Made by a program: the position numbers and the translations under genes. DNA of 64,000 bases from a virus, in IMG/VR virus record IMGVR_UViG_3300025015_000010, positions 32,001 through 96,000 of that record. One strand, 5' to 3'. Below the pieces are notes generated by a model. It was given only the letters and a program-made list of their open reading frames with translations. It did not search any database and had not been told where the DNA came from. Below, piece by piece: positions 9,092 to 18,214 of the stretch (within the stretch, counting starts at the first letter, position 1; every line of letters starts with the position of its first letter).

Positions 9092-9365
9092 AAATTAACC
9101 TCTTGGTGCAGTACAGCGAAGTGAAAGCACAGGAATAATTCTAGTGGATATAGCCGTAATCTATAGTACGAGTTGGCCATAGTAACTATAGTTGTGAGCA
9201 AGGCTGCTAGATACGTTGGACGACAGACGGTGACCTATGCCGGAAATGTACTTTGCGCCTTAATTGGCGGCGTACGAGCAAGGCTGATTAATCGTCAGCC
9301 TACTTAGCCTTCTAAAGATGCCGTAGTTCGTGTCGGTGAAAGCCCGGCCACCGAGAGTTTAATTT
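9092..9365 (+). ncRNA. ~275-nt structured RNA (raiA-motif-like local features)
   Basis: Terminal stem aaattaacctcttggtg / caccgagagtttaattt; several internal hairpins; no ORF. Confidence 0.7.
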
Positions 9366-9371
9366 TAGAAT

Positions 9372-9440
9372 ACTGAACGAGACGCTTTTGCAGGGTTATC
9401 CTATGGAGATAAAATCCTGCATACTAATTTGCCGTTCAGT
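9372..9440 (+). ncRNA. Y RNA-like 1 (minimal, variant Ro stem)
   Basis: actgaacg/cgttcagt stem; ACG...GGTTATC and TTTGCC. Confidence 0.55.
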
Positions 9441-9443
9441 TTT

Positions 9444-9556
9444 GTTTGTGTGGTACGGATGTTTGGGTTACCTACTGAGAAGTGATCCTCTTTAACTGGA
9501 TCACAAATAACAAGTAACACCCTAGCCCAAGCAAACACTTGACCGCTTCTACAAAC
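9444..9556 (+). ncRNA. Y RNA-like 2
   Basis: gtgGTACG...GGTTAC and CA...TTGACcgc Ro-type helix. Confidence 0.75.
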
Positions 9557-9643
9557 GAATATCGTGGTACGAATGCTTTTGGTTACCTTCAAATGGAAGT
9601 GGCTTCGGTCACAGAGCCAAAACAACTACTTGACCACATTATT
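9557..9643 (+). ncRNA. Y RNA-like 3
   Basis: gtgGTACGAATG...GGTTAC and CA...TTGACcac. Confidence 0.75.
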
Positions 9644-9663
9644 TTAACCAGAGGAGATTATCG

Positions 9664-11313
9664 ATGTCGAGTTATTTGAAGACTGCTGCGAATCGTAATC
9701 AGAGTACTACACTCCAGACCGAACAGGCACGCGAAGACCAGGTAGTCAACAACGCTGGTGGTTATGTATTTAGCCAGGATGCTTGGTTGAAGGTGAGGTC
9801 GTTTCTTATTCTTGGTGCCGAAGGTGGTACTTACTATGTCGGCGAGAAAGAATTGACTAAGCAGAACACCACTAATTTGCAGGCTTGTCTCAAGGAAGAT
9901 GGGCCACGCTTGGTGCAGTTGATACGCGAGGTATCAGTTAACGGTCTGGCGTCCAAGCAGTCAGCTACCTTGTTTTCCTTGGCGCTAGCCGCTGCGGATG
10001 GTAATGCTGCTACTCGTACGGAAGTTTTGAAGGTACGCGACGAAATTCTGCGTACTGGTTCACATCTGGAAGAATTTGCCAGTTATTTGCTTGGGCTCGG
10101 CTCAAAGTCTTCTAGGTTTACTCGCAGGCTGCTCGGTGGTTGGTACAATAAGCCTATTGACGATCTTGCTTATCAGGCTGTCAAGTACCAGTCCCGTGAA
10201 GGCGTGAGTCACCGCGATATTTTGCGCGTCGCCCATCCCAGGCCAGCGAGTGCATCTCACGATCACTTGTTTAAGTGGGTTGTAGATGGTTCAGCAACAA
10301 CAAAGCCGGTTCCAGAAAAGTTTGCTAACAGAATCAATGTAAAAGCTTTGAAGTCTGTCTTGCAGTTACCAGCGATTGTACAAGCTTTCGAGCGGGCTAA
10401 GGCAGCAACTACTGATACCGAGATTGTGCAGCTTATTACAGAGCATAATCTTCCTCGCGAGTGTATTCCCACACAGTGGCTGAATTCGATTCCAGTGTGG
10501 GAAGCCTTATTGGCAAAGATGCCATTGACCGCGCTGATTCGTAATTTAGGGAAGATGTCTTCGGTCGGACTACTTAGGCCACTTAATGAGGCTTCTAAGC
10601 TGATTGTAGAGAAGCTTAATGACCAAGAGTACTTGACCAAGTCTAGGATTCATCCTATCGGTGTATTGTCGGCTCTGAAGACTTACGAAAGTGGTCACGG
10701 CGTTCGTGGTAAGCTATCTTGGGAACCAGTCAAGCAGGTAATTGATGCGTTGGATAGTGCGTTCTATAAGACGTTTAAGAATGTAGAACCCACTGGCAAG
10801 AACTTCCTACTAGCCTTAGACGTATCAGGTTCGATGGGTGAGGGAGATGTGGGTGGCGTACCTGGATTGAGTCCACGCGAAGCTTCTGCGGCTATGGCTC
10901 TAGTGACTGCTGCCACTGAACCAAACTACGAAATTTTTGGATTTTCAAATAGCTTTGTAAGACTTAATATTACACCCAGGATGCGCTTGGATCAGGCTAC
11001 GAAGGTCATTAGTAATCTGCCATTTGATGGCACAGATTGCTCATTACCAATTCAGTATGCAGATAGGCAGGGCTTAAACGTGGACACGTTTATTGTCTAT
11101 ACTGACAGCGAGACTTACACAGGCAGAATTCATCCGTTCCAGGCTCTCAAGAAGTACCGCGCTAAGACGGGTAAGTTTTCTAAATTGATCGTTGTTGGTA
11201 TGGTTTCCAATGGTTTTACGATTGCAGATCCAAATGACCGAGGCTCACTAGACGTAGTTGGTTTTGACTCATCTGTACCCGAGGTTATTAGGTCGTTTAC
11301 TCTAGCTCAGTAA
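9664..11313 (+). CDS. rsr: Ro60/Rsr RNA-binding protein (TROVE + vWA)
   Basis: NNAGGYVF, FLILG.EGGTYY, KYQSREG.SHRD.LR.AHP, LIRNLGKM, IHP, MIDAS DVSGSM and GFD. Confidence 0.96.
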   Translation: MSSYLKTAANRNQSTTLQTEQAREDQVVNNAGGYVFSQDAWLKVRSFLILGAEGGTYYVGEKELTKQNTTNLQACLKEDGPRLVQLIREVSVNGLASKQSATLFSLALAAADGNAATRTEVLKVRDEILRTGSHLEEFASYLLGLGSKSSRFTRRLLGGWYNKPIDDLAYQAVKYQSREGVSHRDILRVAHPRPASASHDHLFKWVVDGSATTKPVPEKFANRINVKALKSVLQLPAIVQAFERAKAATTDTEIVQLITEHNLPRECIPTQWLNSIPVWEALLAKMPLTALIRNLGKMSSVGLLRPLNEASKLIVEKLNDQEYLTKSRIHPIGVLSALKTYESGHGVRGKLSWEPVKQVIDALDSAFYKTFKNVEPTGKNFLLALDVSGSMGEGDVGGVPGLSPREASAAMALVTAATEPNYEIFGFSNSFVRLNITPRMRLDQATKVISNLPFDGTDCSLPIQYADRQGLNVDTFIVYTDSETYTGRIHPFQALKKYRAKTGKFSKLIVVGMVSNGFTIADPNDRGSLDVVGFDSSVPEVIRSFTLAQ

Positions 11314-11320
11314 AAGCATT

Positions 11321-11450
11321 AGTCGGTACGTCAGTACTGGGTTATCTTCTTAGGGAAGTGAGGCACAGGTTCGAATCCTGTCGGGTGACGCGAGTCACAC
11401 GTAGCTTAGTGGACAGAGCGCATTAGCTCCAGTACAGTATTTGACCGGCT
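11321..11450 (+). ncRNA. yrlA: YrlA-type Y RNA (permuted tRNA-like domain)
   Basis: Ro stem agtcgGTACG / TTGACcggct; T arm acaggTTCGAATcctgt precedes a GCGA-capped acceptor stem and the D arm tagcttagtggacagagc. Confidence 0.9.
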
Positions 11451-11456
11451 TTATTT

Positions 11457-11589
11457 TAGGCTGTACGTAGTTTTGGATTATCATCCAATCAGAAGGTTGT
11501 AGTTGTTACTACCATGGCATTCTATGCTGTGTAGCTCAAAAATAGAGCATCTGACAAAAAAAATATCTAAAGCAAAATTTGACAGCCTA
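11457..11589 (+). ncRNA. second YrlA-type Y RNA with degenerate T loop
   Basis: taggctGTACG / TTGACagccta; closed acceptor catggca/tgctgtg; D arm gctc/gagc; T-tract follows. Confidence 0.8.
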
Positions 11590-11609
11590 TTTTTTAGGGA
11601 AACAAAGTA

Positions 11610-11834
11610 ATGCTAATAATCTGTCAGCCAGATTTCGAAGGTAATATCAGGTCAGTGTACGTTGAGATTTGTGATCGACCTATATTCGATACGGACAAGG
11701 CATCCAAGTTAGCTCGTGTAGATTATACAAAGGATGGTATTGTAGTAGGCATTGAGCTAGTTGGTGGAATATCAAGAACAGCAATTGAGCGCGCTTTTAA
11801 GGTGGCTATAGAACAGTCATCAGTTAAGCAGTAA
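11610..11834 (+). CDS. DUF2283-like small protein
   Basis: VYVEI...VDYTKDGIVVGIEL. Confidence 0.6.
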   Translation: MLIICQPDFEGNIRSVYVEICDRPIFDTDKASKLARVDYTKDGIVVGIELVGGISRTAIERAFKVAIEQSSVKQ

Positions 11835-11884
11835 CTTCGTGGTGTTCGTAAAACGGTTACTCGGATTTTGCTAGACTAATACAT

Positions 11885-11956
11885 TGCGGGGTGGAGCAGT
11901 GGCAGCTCAGAAGGCTCATAATCTTCAGATCGCAGGTTCGATTCCTGCCCCCGCTA
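11885..11956 (+). tRNA. tRNA-Met(CAT), initiator-like body, CCA not encoded
   Basis: Cloverleaf with 1:72 mismatch, loop CTCATAA and T loop TTCGATT; TAGACT -10 at 11872. Confidence 0.9.
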
Positions 11957-12044
11957 GAAATAAGGTAGAATGGACGTACTAGGTTATACGATAGTGATTG
12001 CAGCATTCGCTGTGGCCATATTCTTAGCTCGCAAAGTACTATGA

Positions 12045-12776
12045 GTGCTTATGATAGTGTCAGAGAATAAAGGCTCTCTTAATGTGAAAGTTTATGGCTT
12101 TATTTACCGTATTACTAATATAATAAACGGAAAGCACTATATAGGGCAGACACTTCGAACGGTGCAGAAACGATTTTCCAGTCATTGTTGGAATTCTATG
12201 CTAGAAAAGTGTAACATGCCGATAACAAGAGCTATACGAAAATATGGCAAGAATAATTTTGATCTAGTAACTTTATGCGAATGCGCTTCTCAACTAGAGC
12301 TAGATGAAATGGAAATTCGTTATGTCAAGGATTTGAAGACATTTGTTCCACACGGATATAATTTAAAAGCCGGTCAGGGTCGCGGAATTACATCTGAGAT
12401 AACTAAGAAACGTATAGGAGATGCAAACAGAGGTAAGAAAGTTGGTGTAGAAGCTAGGCAGCACATGTCAGATGCACATAAGGGCAAAAAATTATCGGAC
12501 ACACAGGTTCAGAAACTCAGGGATAAGTATAGAGGACGGCAGGTGAGTAGTTTGGGTCGGGTAGCTACTAGTTTAAAATCTGCTAAGACATTTTTATTCA
12601 TGGACCCACACGGTGTAATATTATGTATTCGTAATATGAGACAATATTGCGTTGATTATGGGCTCAGTCCATCAAAAATGTGTCTAGTGTCACAAGGAAA
12701 AAGAAATTATCATAAAGGATGGAGGATTTGTACTTCTGCGGTCATAATTGGCGACGCCATCTTAGTAGGTTGCTGA
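12045..12776 (+). CDS. GIY-YIG homing endonuclease with NUMOD3-like repeats
   Basis: FIYRITN...YIGQT, GYNL and MSDAHKGKKLS. Confidence 0.9.
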   Translation: MLMIVSENKGSLNVKVYGFIYRITNIINGKHYIGQTLRTVQKRFSSHCWNSMLEKCNMPITRAIRKYGKNNFDLVTLCECASQLELDEMEIRYVKDLKTFVPHGYNLKAGQGRGITSEITKKRIGDANRGKKVGVEARQHMSDAHKGKKLSDTQVQKLRDKYRGRQVSSLGRVATSLKSAKTFLFMDPHGVILCIRNMRQYCVDYGLSPSKMCLVSQGKRNYHKGWRICTSAVIIGDAILVGC

Positions 12777-12833
12777 TGAAAATTCGAGATGAGTTGCGAG
12801 GTAGGTTGCGAGCTTTGTAGATTTAGAAAGGAT

Positions 12834-12943
12834 ACTCTGGTTGGCGTGTCGCAGATACAGTTTCCCCTCCTTTTCTGTGTTTGTGACCGAGGCTTTGCTG
12901 TCAGACCGTCATAGTTTCGACGCGGGTCAGAGCCAACCAGAGT
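12834..12943 (+). ncRNA. putative sRNA with an anti-Shine-Dalgarno loop
   Basis: 12-bp terminal stem actctggttggc/gccaaccagagt; 13-bp hairpin with loop TTTCCCCTCCTTTT. Confidence 0.6.
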
Positions 12944-12952
12944 TTTTAACTT

Positions 12953-13450
12953 ATGAGCGTTAGCAAATTTGAGCAGTGGCTATCCGCTAGAGTCAAAGAT
13001 CGTCAAGCCTGGGGCGCCGACAATATAAGTCTTCCAATAGCTTTTTGGAATGATGATGGTAAATCTCTTGATGTCTACTTATCCAATGACGAAGCCTATT
13101 CTGAGTGGATTGATCGTCGCGTAAGTATCCAGCGAGCGGTCAAGGATAATAGGTTGATAGGTATAACTTTTGAGCACCTAGACGATATCGATGCCGCTGT
13201 TCAAAAGCTTTCGCCAGATACACATGAATACAAGTCGTTTTTGATCTATCGTCAGGTGATTTCAACATACAGAAGTTTTGCACGCGGGCATGTGGATTTG
13301 GCCAGTTTAATTTCGCTTCTCTACTTGGTCTTCGATCCGCAGCCTTCAGCAGTATACGACGAGATTGAGCAGGTAGGTCGTGAGGTTGGATTGATTCCAA
13401 TAGACAGTGGTAAACAGGAATTGTTAGATCATTTCACTGGAGTGTTATGA
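12953..13450 (+). CDS. hypothetical protein
   Basis: ORF track. Confidence 0.7.
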   Translation: MSVSKFEQWLSARVKDRQAWGADNISLPIAFWNDDGKSLDVYLSNDEAYSEWIDRRVSIQRAVKDNRLIGITFEHLDDIDAAVQKLSPDTHEYKSFLIYRQVISTYRSFARGHVDLASLISLLYLVFDPQPSAVYDEIEQVGREVGLIPIDSGKQELLDHFTGVL

Positions 13451-13746
13451 GTCTTATAGGTAGTCATTTACGAGTACTGGTCACAGCATGGAATCTCAAG
13501 CGTCGAGGTTATCATGATTTTAGATTGTGTTCTAAGTGTGGCAAGAATCAGACAGGTTATGAGTTTATCGCTATGTGTAACGGCACGAGTCCAGATGATT
13601 GTCCCAACTGCGGCGGTGTAAACACATCAAAGCGTCCATGGCCTCTGCCTCAGATCGCTCGTGTAGAGGCTACGGGCGAGCCTATGATGCGAAAACTGGA
13701 AGGTCAAGAGTTGATCGAGGCTTGGAAAGTACTAGGTCCAGACTAA
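13447..13746 (+). CDS. Zn-ribbon hypothetical protein
   Basis: CSKC...CPNC. Confidence 0.65.
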   Translation: MSLIGSHLRVLVTAWNLKRRGYHDFRLCSKCGKNQTGYEFIAMCNGTSPDDCPNCGGVNTSKRPWPLPQIARVEATGEPMMRKLEGQELIEAWKVLGPD

Positions 13747-14231
13747 TGGCTGATACACTCAACTCTATATGGTCTGGTACGACAACGCAGTATTGCACGG
13801 GTAAAGTCCCGATGTCGCCTAAAGTAACCAGAGTAGTCGTTAGTGCTATTATCCGCAGTCATGGCCAGATATTGATAGGCCAGCGGACTAAAGAGCCGTA
13901 CCAAGAAAAATATACATTTCCTGGTGGAAAGATTAATTTTCTTGAATCGTTGCAAGTCGCTTTAGCCCGTGAAGTCCACGAAGAAACAGGCTTGAGCATT
14001 AATCCAGCTAATGTCAAGCAGTTAGTGACATCGGAGTGGATTGATCCAGTAGATGAGATTCACTACATCGATGTGTTGTTCGAGGTTGTAGATTTTGATG
14101 GCGAGCCGAGAGCGGCCAGCGACATGTCCAGTTTGCAGTTTGTGGACGCAGGTCATTTGGCTGATTATGATCTAGCTCCTTATGCATACAAAACAGTCAG
14201 CGATCTGATTAAGATTGGATACCATTTTTGA
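13746..14231 (+). CDS. NUDIX hydrolase
   Basis: PGGKINFLESLQVALAREVHEETGL. Confidence 0.9.
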   Translation: MADTLNSIWSGTTTQYCTGKVPMSPKVTRVVVSAIIRSHGQILIGQRTKEPYQEKYTFPGGKINFLESLQVALAREVHEETGLSINPANVKQLVTSEWIDPVDEIHYIDVLFEVVDFDGEPRAASDMSSLQFVDAGHLADYDLAPYAYKTVSDLIKIGYHF

Positions 14232-14766
14232 GCGACGAAACGACATTACGGGGCATGACTTCTTTATCATTTTTTTGCTACTTATTAGATGACGAGAGCG
14301 TACCACAGAAGATTAAGAATTTAGCCCGAGTATCTAGAATGTTACTGACTGTTATACCCAATCCAGAAGATATGACCGATGAGTTACAAGATTTCAAACA
14401 AGAAGCAGACGAATGCTATCAAATTTCTATAGACATTCTCGCGGACGTGATCCGAAAAGAATCACCCAAAGTTTGGGTTACGTTTCTTGACCGGATTCCA
14501 TCCGAGATTCAAGATGGCATAGCATTAGAGGGCAAGCCGTGATACAGACAGATGTAAAGATTGTGAAGGCAGTGTGTGATTCGTGTCACAAGACGCTTGT
14601 AGATAAGAAGTCGATACCGGGCGCGACGTTGCTGCATTACGCCGAATTGATACCTAGATTTGGTTATGGACACGAGCTAGATAATATCAACGATGGCGAG
14701 TACCATGTCTGTGGTAAGTGTTGGCAGCGAGTGCTGAAGTTGTTGGGATTATCGCGTGGCACATAG
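14228..14766 (+). other. two small hypothetical CDS (14228-14542; 14539-14766 Zn-finger)
   Basis: ORF track; overlapping starts and stops. Confidence 0.65.
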
Positions 14767-14926
14767 ATTTGATGGTCGATGGAAGTGGTGTCCAGCGTGT
14801 AAAATACCTAGGATCAAATGTCTAGACCCAGACTGTTTTGGCCCGTCTTGTAATGGCGGCGGGTTCTCAACAGTAAATTAGAATCTACCCTTGAAACCCC
14901 CATCAATACAGTGGTAGACTTAATAT

Positions 14927-15499
14927 ATGAAGCTGAATGATTGGGCAAAGCTGCAAGGGATCACTTATAAAACAGCACATCGCTGGTTTCAAGCAGGTAT
15001 TATTCCTGATCCTGTAAGACAACTTCCAACAGGAACGATTCTGGTCGATGTCGAAAACATTACGAAAGTAGAAAATAGGACCGCGCTTTACGCCCGAGTT
15101 TCATCTTCTGGCCAGAAGGTTGATTTAGACCGACAAACATCAAGACTTATGAGTTTTGCACTCGAAAACAAACTGACCATTGTTGATTCTGTACAGGAAA
15201 TCGGCAGTGGTCTTAACGGACATCGCAAAAAGTTACTGAAGTTGCTGGCCGATAAAAGCATAAATACCATTGTTATAGAGCATCGAGAACGTCTTGCACG
15301 ATTTGGATTTGATTACATCGAAGCAGCCTTGGCCGCGACTGGGCGTAAGCTTGTAGTGATAGACAGCACTGAGATGAAAGACGATTTAGTTCAGGACATG
15401 ATTGATGTTTTGACATCATTTTGTGCAAGACTTTACGGACGCAGGTCCGCAAAGAACAAGGCAAAGAAAGCCATAGAAAGCATTCATGAGCAAGGATAG
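14927..15499 (+). CDS. tnpA: IS607 serine recombinase
   Basis: N-terminal HTH, YARVSS, EIGSGLN, ERLARFG and RLYGRRS. Confidence 0.96.
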   Translation: MKLNDWAKLQGITYKTAHRWFQAGIIPDPVRQLPTGTILVDVENITKVENRTALYARVSSSGQKVDLDRQTSRLMSFALENKLTIVDSVQEIGSGLNGHRKKLLKLLADKSINTIVIEHRERLARFGFDYIEAALAATGRKLVVIDSTEMKDDLVQDMIDVLTSFCARLYGRRSAKNKAKKAIESIHEQG

Positions 15500-16952
15500 C
15501 ATTTCCACATTTCAGACTAGGATCGATTCATACCCAGCTTTACAGGCTTATGCAGACCGTCATAATCTGGTCGAGCACAAGTTGTACGCCCAGATATTAG
15601 CCGGTAAAAAGCCGAACAAACTTAAGCAAGCGTTCCTAGTTAAGTATGGCATTACGGCGCGACAATTCAATGCTATTGAGCGAAATCTACGCGGTAAAAT
15701 TAGCAGTGTTCAAGAACTTCGCAAGGACCATAAAAAGGAAACAAACTACAGGATCAAGGATTGTGAGCGCAAGATAGAATTTGTCAAGGACAATCTCAAA
15801 CAGCACAATTTGAAGCGCAGATTGCATGGCCTAAAAACCAGGTTGGCCAGGCTCGAACAGATGCCAAAATCCTTGTGTTTCGGGTCCAGGAAGTTGTTCA
15901 ACTCACAATTCGGTCCAGAAATAGATCATGATGTTTGGTCCAGTGATTGGAAACAGTCCCGTTCGAGTCAGTTCTATGTTCTCGGTTCTCACGAAGAAAC
16001 ATCAGGGTGCCAAGGATGTGTCGCTACTGTGCAGGACGACGGCAGCTTAACGCTACGTTTGCGCCTTCCAGATGCACTGATGGCCATCCATGGTAAGTAT
16101 ATTGAAATCCCCGGCGTGTACTTTAACCACGGCCATGAGCATGTACTACAGGCCCTGGCTTTGGGTAATACACCAACCAACTACAGGTTTAAGCTAGATG
16201 GCATTGGCTGGAGAGTCTTCGTTTCAGTTCACGTCATCGAAGCCAAAATTGTTACCAGGGACAGCCTGGGCAGAGTCGGTTTTGACCTTAATGAAGATCA
16301 CATCGCAGTTACCGAGACCGACCGTTTTGGAAATATAATCAACACGTTCAATGAGCCTGTAATAACCACAGACTTGACCACGCACCAGACATTGGCAGTC
16401 TTAGGCAATGCAGTTAAGAATATCGTAGCTTACGCCAAGAACGTTCAAAAGCCTATTGTTATTGAGAAGTTAGATTTCCAAAAGAAACGTGCTGAACTTC
16501 GTGGCCGAGGCCAAACTGCGAAGAATCTTAGTTCATTCGCGTACAGTAAATTCAGATCCATAGTCGTATCGCGTTGTCAGCGAGAAGGCATTAAGGTTTA
16601 CAACGTGAATCCGGCCTACACATCGATTATCGGTAGAAATAAGTTCGCGCTTCGGTACGGACTCACAGTACACAATGCAGCGGCGCTAACTATAGCACGT
16701 AGATCCATGGGCCTAAGTGAGAACCCAAATAAAAAGTGCTACCAAGGCACCTCTTTCCTACCTGTAAGGAATCGGACAGAGCATGTGTGGCGGTACTGGG
16801 CAAAACTCGCAAAGGCTCAAGCTAGGGATTGGGCCACAAGATCCTCGAAACCTGACGCAAATCACGTTTCGTGTGATAGCAGGAAACCTGCTCTCGGTCC
16901 TATTAGCGATTCGTTACCAGTATACTGTTCGGGTAACGTCACTCATTCGTGA
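15486..16952 (+). CDS. tnpB: TnpB-related RNA-guided protein without Zn finger
   Basis: RuvC-I GFDLN, RuvC-II VIEKL, VNPAYTS and RuvC-III region VHNAAALTIARR. Confidence 0.9.
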   Translation: MSKDSISTFQTRIDSYPALQAYADRHNLVEHKLYAQILAGKKPNKLKQAFLVKYGITARQFNAIERNLRGKISSVQELRKDHKKETNYRIKDCERKIEFVKDNLKQHNLKRRLHGLKTRLARLEQMPKSLCFGSRKLFNSQFGPEIDHDVWSSDWKQSRSSQFYVLGSHEETSGCQGCVATVQDDGSLTLRLRLPDALMAIHGKYIEIPGVYFNHGHEHVLQALALGNTPTNYRFKLDGIGWRVFVSVHVIEAKIVTRDSLGRVGFDLNEDHIAVTETDRFGNIINTFNEPVITTDLTTHQTLAVLGNAVKNIVAYAKNVQKPIVIEKLDFQKKRAELRGRGQTAKNLSSFAYSKFRSIVVSRCQREGIKVYNVNPAYTSIIGRNKFALRYGLTVHNAAALTIARRSMGLSENPNKKCYQGTSFLPVRNRTEHVWRYWAKLAKAQARDWATRSSKPDANHVSCDSRKPALGPISDSLPVYCSGNVTHS

Positions 16953-17138
16953 TTGTCATAAATGGGTATGAGAAATTGAACGGTGTTCAAAATGTTCGGA
17001 CGATTTCGATGAGGCTATCGATATGATCAATAATGGTACGGCCCCAACCCATGCTGATTTTCCAAATGCAGACGCCGATGAGATTGAGTACAATAATGAT
17101 CCATTAGGACTTGGTTCGTTGAGTAAAGGAACATCTTG

Positions 17139-17492
17139 ATGGCTGAGTGGACCCGAGAACGCCACGATAAGTGCAAGCAGGCTATTGCCAAGGCCACGCC
17201 AGGCCCGTGGTTTGGTAATAGTTATGGCGAGATGTTTTCAGCTAAAGACTGCACTTGCTGGCCAGGTGACCCAGAGGGTGGAGGACATTTTAAGGAAGGC
17301 TGTCCGTACTATGATTCAGAAGAAGCTAGATTTCCAATAGTGCCCATTTGGGGACACGAAAGTTCGATGGATATGGTGTTTGTCGAGGTGGCTAGGAATC
17401 ATCTGCCCGATGCCTTAGCCGAGATCGAGCGCTTGTGCATTAGGTGCGATGATTTAAAGCATGAGTTAATCGCGGCTGGACGGTGTAAGTAA
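17139..17492 (+). CDS. Ead/Ea22-like phage protein
   Basis: AKATPGPW...ARNHLPDALAEIERL. Confidence 0.55.
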   Translation: MAEWTRERHDKCKQAIAKATPGPWFGNSYGEMFSAKDCTCWPGDPEGGGHFKEGCPYYDSEEARFPIVPIWGHESSMDMVFVEVARNHLPDALAEIERLCIRCDDLKHELIAAGRCK

Positions 17493-18162
17493 TGTCGTTC
17501 AGCATGTTTCTTCCAAACTATCCAAATAGTGGCTTAGCCGCTGATATGAGTGAGTTGTTCGAAGTTTGGCCAAAGGTACATAGATTGTCTATGGAACAAC
17601 AGGCTGTATACGCTGATGCAGTATTTCGTTGCCATATCGACAATAATGAGTTTTTGTTTCTAAGCCTAGTGCGCTGCGGATCGCCAGCAACAACGACCGC
17701 TGTTGGTAATCTGGCATTCGTGATTTTGTATGTCAAGGACGAGGCAATTAAAGAAAAAGCCAGAGAAATTCTAGGTAATTTTGTTCAGCAAAGAAACCTT
17801 TTAGATGAGAAGCGAGGTAGAAAGTGAGCAAGTCTAAGTGTACAGGCGCTTGCTGTAAACATGTTGCCGGTAAATTAGCCCTCCAAGTGTCTGATTCGAG
17901 ATACGAGCGCTTAACAAAGCGTGTAGACGAAAGTAAGAAGCTGGCAGATTTGTACCGCGAGCTAGGAATAATTCATGGACAATATGCAGAAGATGTGGGA
18001 CAGTTGTTGTTCGAAGTTAGCATAGCCTCGATGAGTGGCAGTTTAGCCTCTGAGATAGGGAATGCTTGTGTACTGCCACAAGAATTGTCAGAGATGAGTA
18101 ATTCTAAACCAAATGGTAGGCTAAAAAGTGCTATAAAAAAGCACGGACGTAATTTTGCTTGA
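17492..18162 (+). other. two hypothetical CDS (17492-17827, 17824-18162)
   Basis: ORF track. Confidence 0.65.
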
Positions 18163-18187
18163 TTATCTGCAATAAGTATGGTACACT
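18159..18187 (+). promoter_or_regulatory. sigma70-type promoter
   Basis: TTGATT-17-TACACT with extended TG. Confidence 0.6.
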
Positions 18188-18214
18188 AGACAGAAATCTA
18201 TCAAAGGAAATCCT

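Larger units (their letters stand above)
14864..16983 (+). mobile_element. IS607-family element
   Basis: Serine recombinase plus TnpB; GG core at 14862-14863 and 16982-16983. Confidence 0.92.
14756..17139 (+). pseudogene. 87-aa Cys-rich gene split by IS607 (14756-14863 joined to 16984-17139)
   Basis: Excision restores MAHRFDGRWKWCPACK...SCNGGG|CSKCSDDF...GTS* in frame, overlapping both neighbours. Confidence 0.85.

Noticed and set aside
8721-9365. IStron (group I intron plus IS607)
   Set aside because: The structured RNA lies downstream of the IS right end, no host ORF is interrupted, and no group I core was recognised
9372-9643. CRISPR-like array, or the minus-strand ORF 9401-9625
   Set aside because: Units share covarying structure rather than identical repeats; no cas genes; better explained as Y RNAs
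12045-12776. GIY-YIG gene as part of an intron
   Set aside because: No split host gene or intron core on the flanks; it appears free-standing next to a tRNA
12904-12928. tmRNA 5' end (GTTTCGAC)
   Set aside because: No acceptor stem, T arm or tag ORF found
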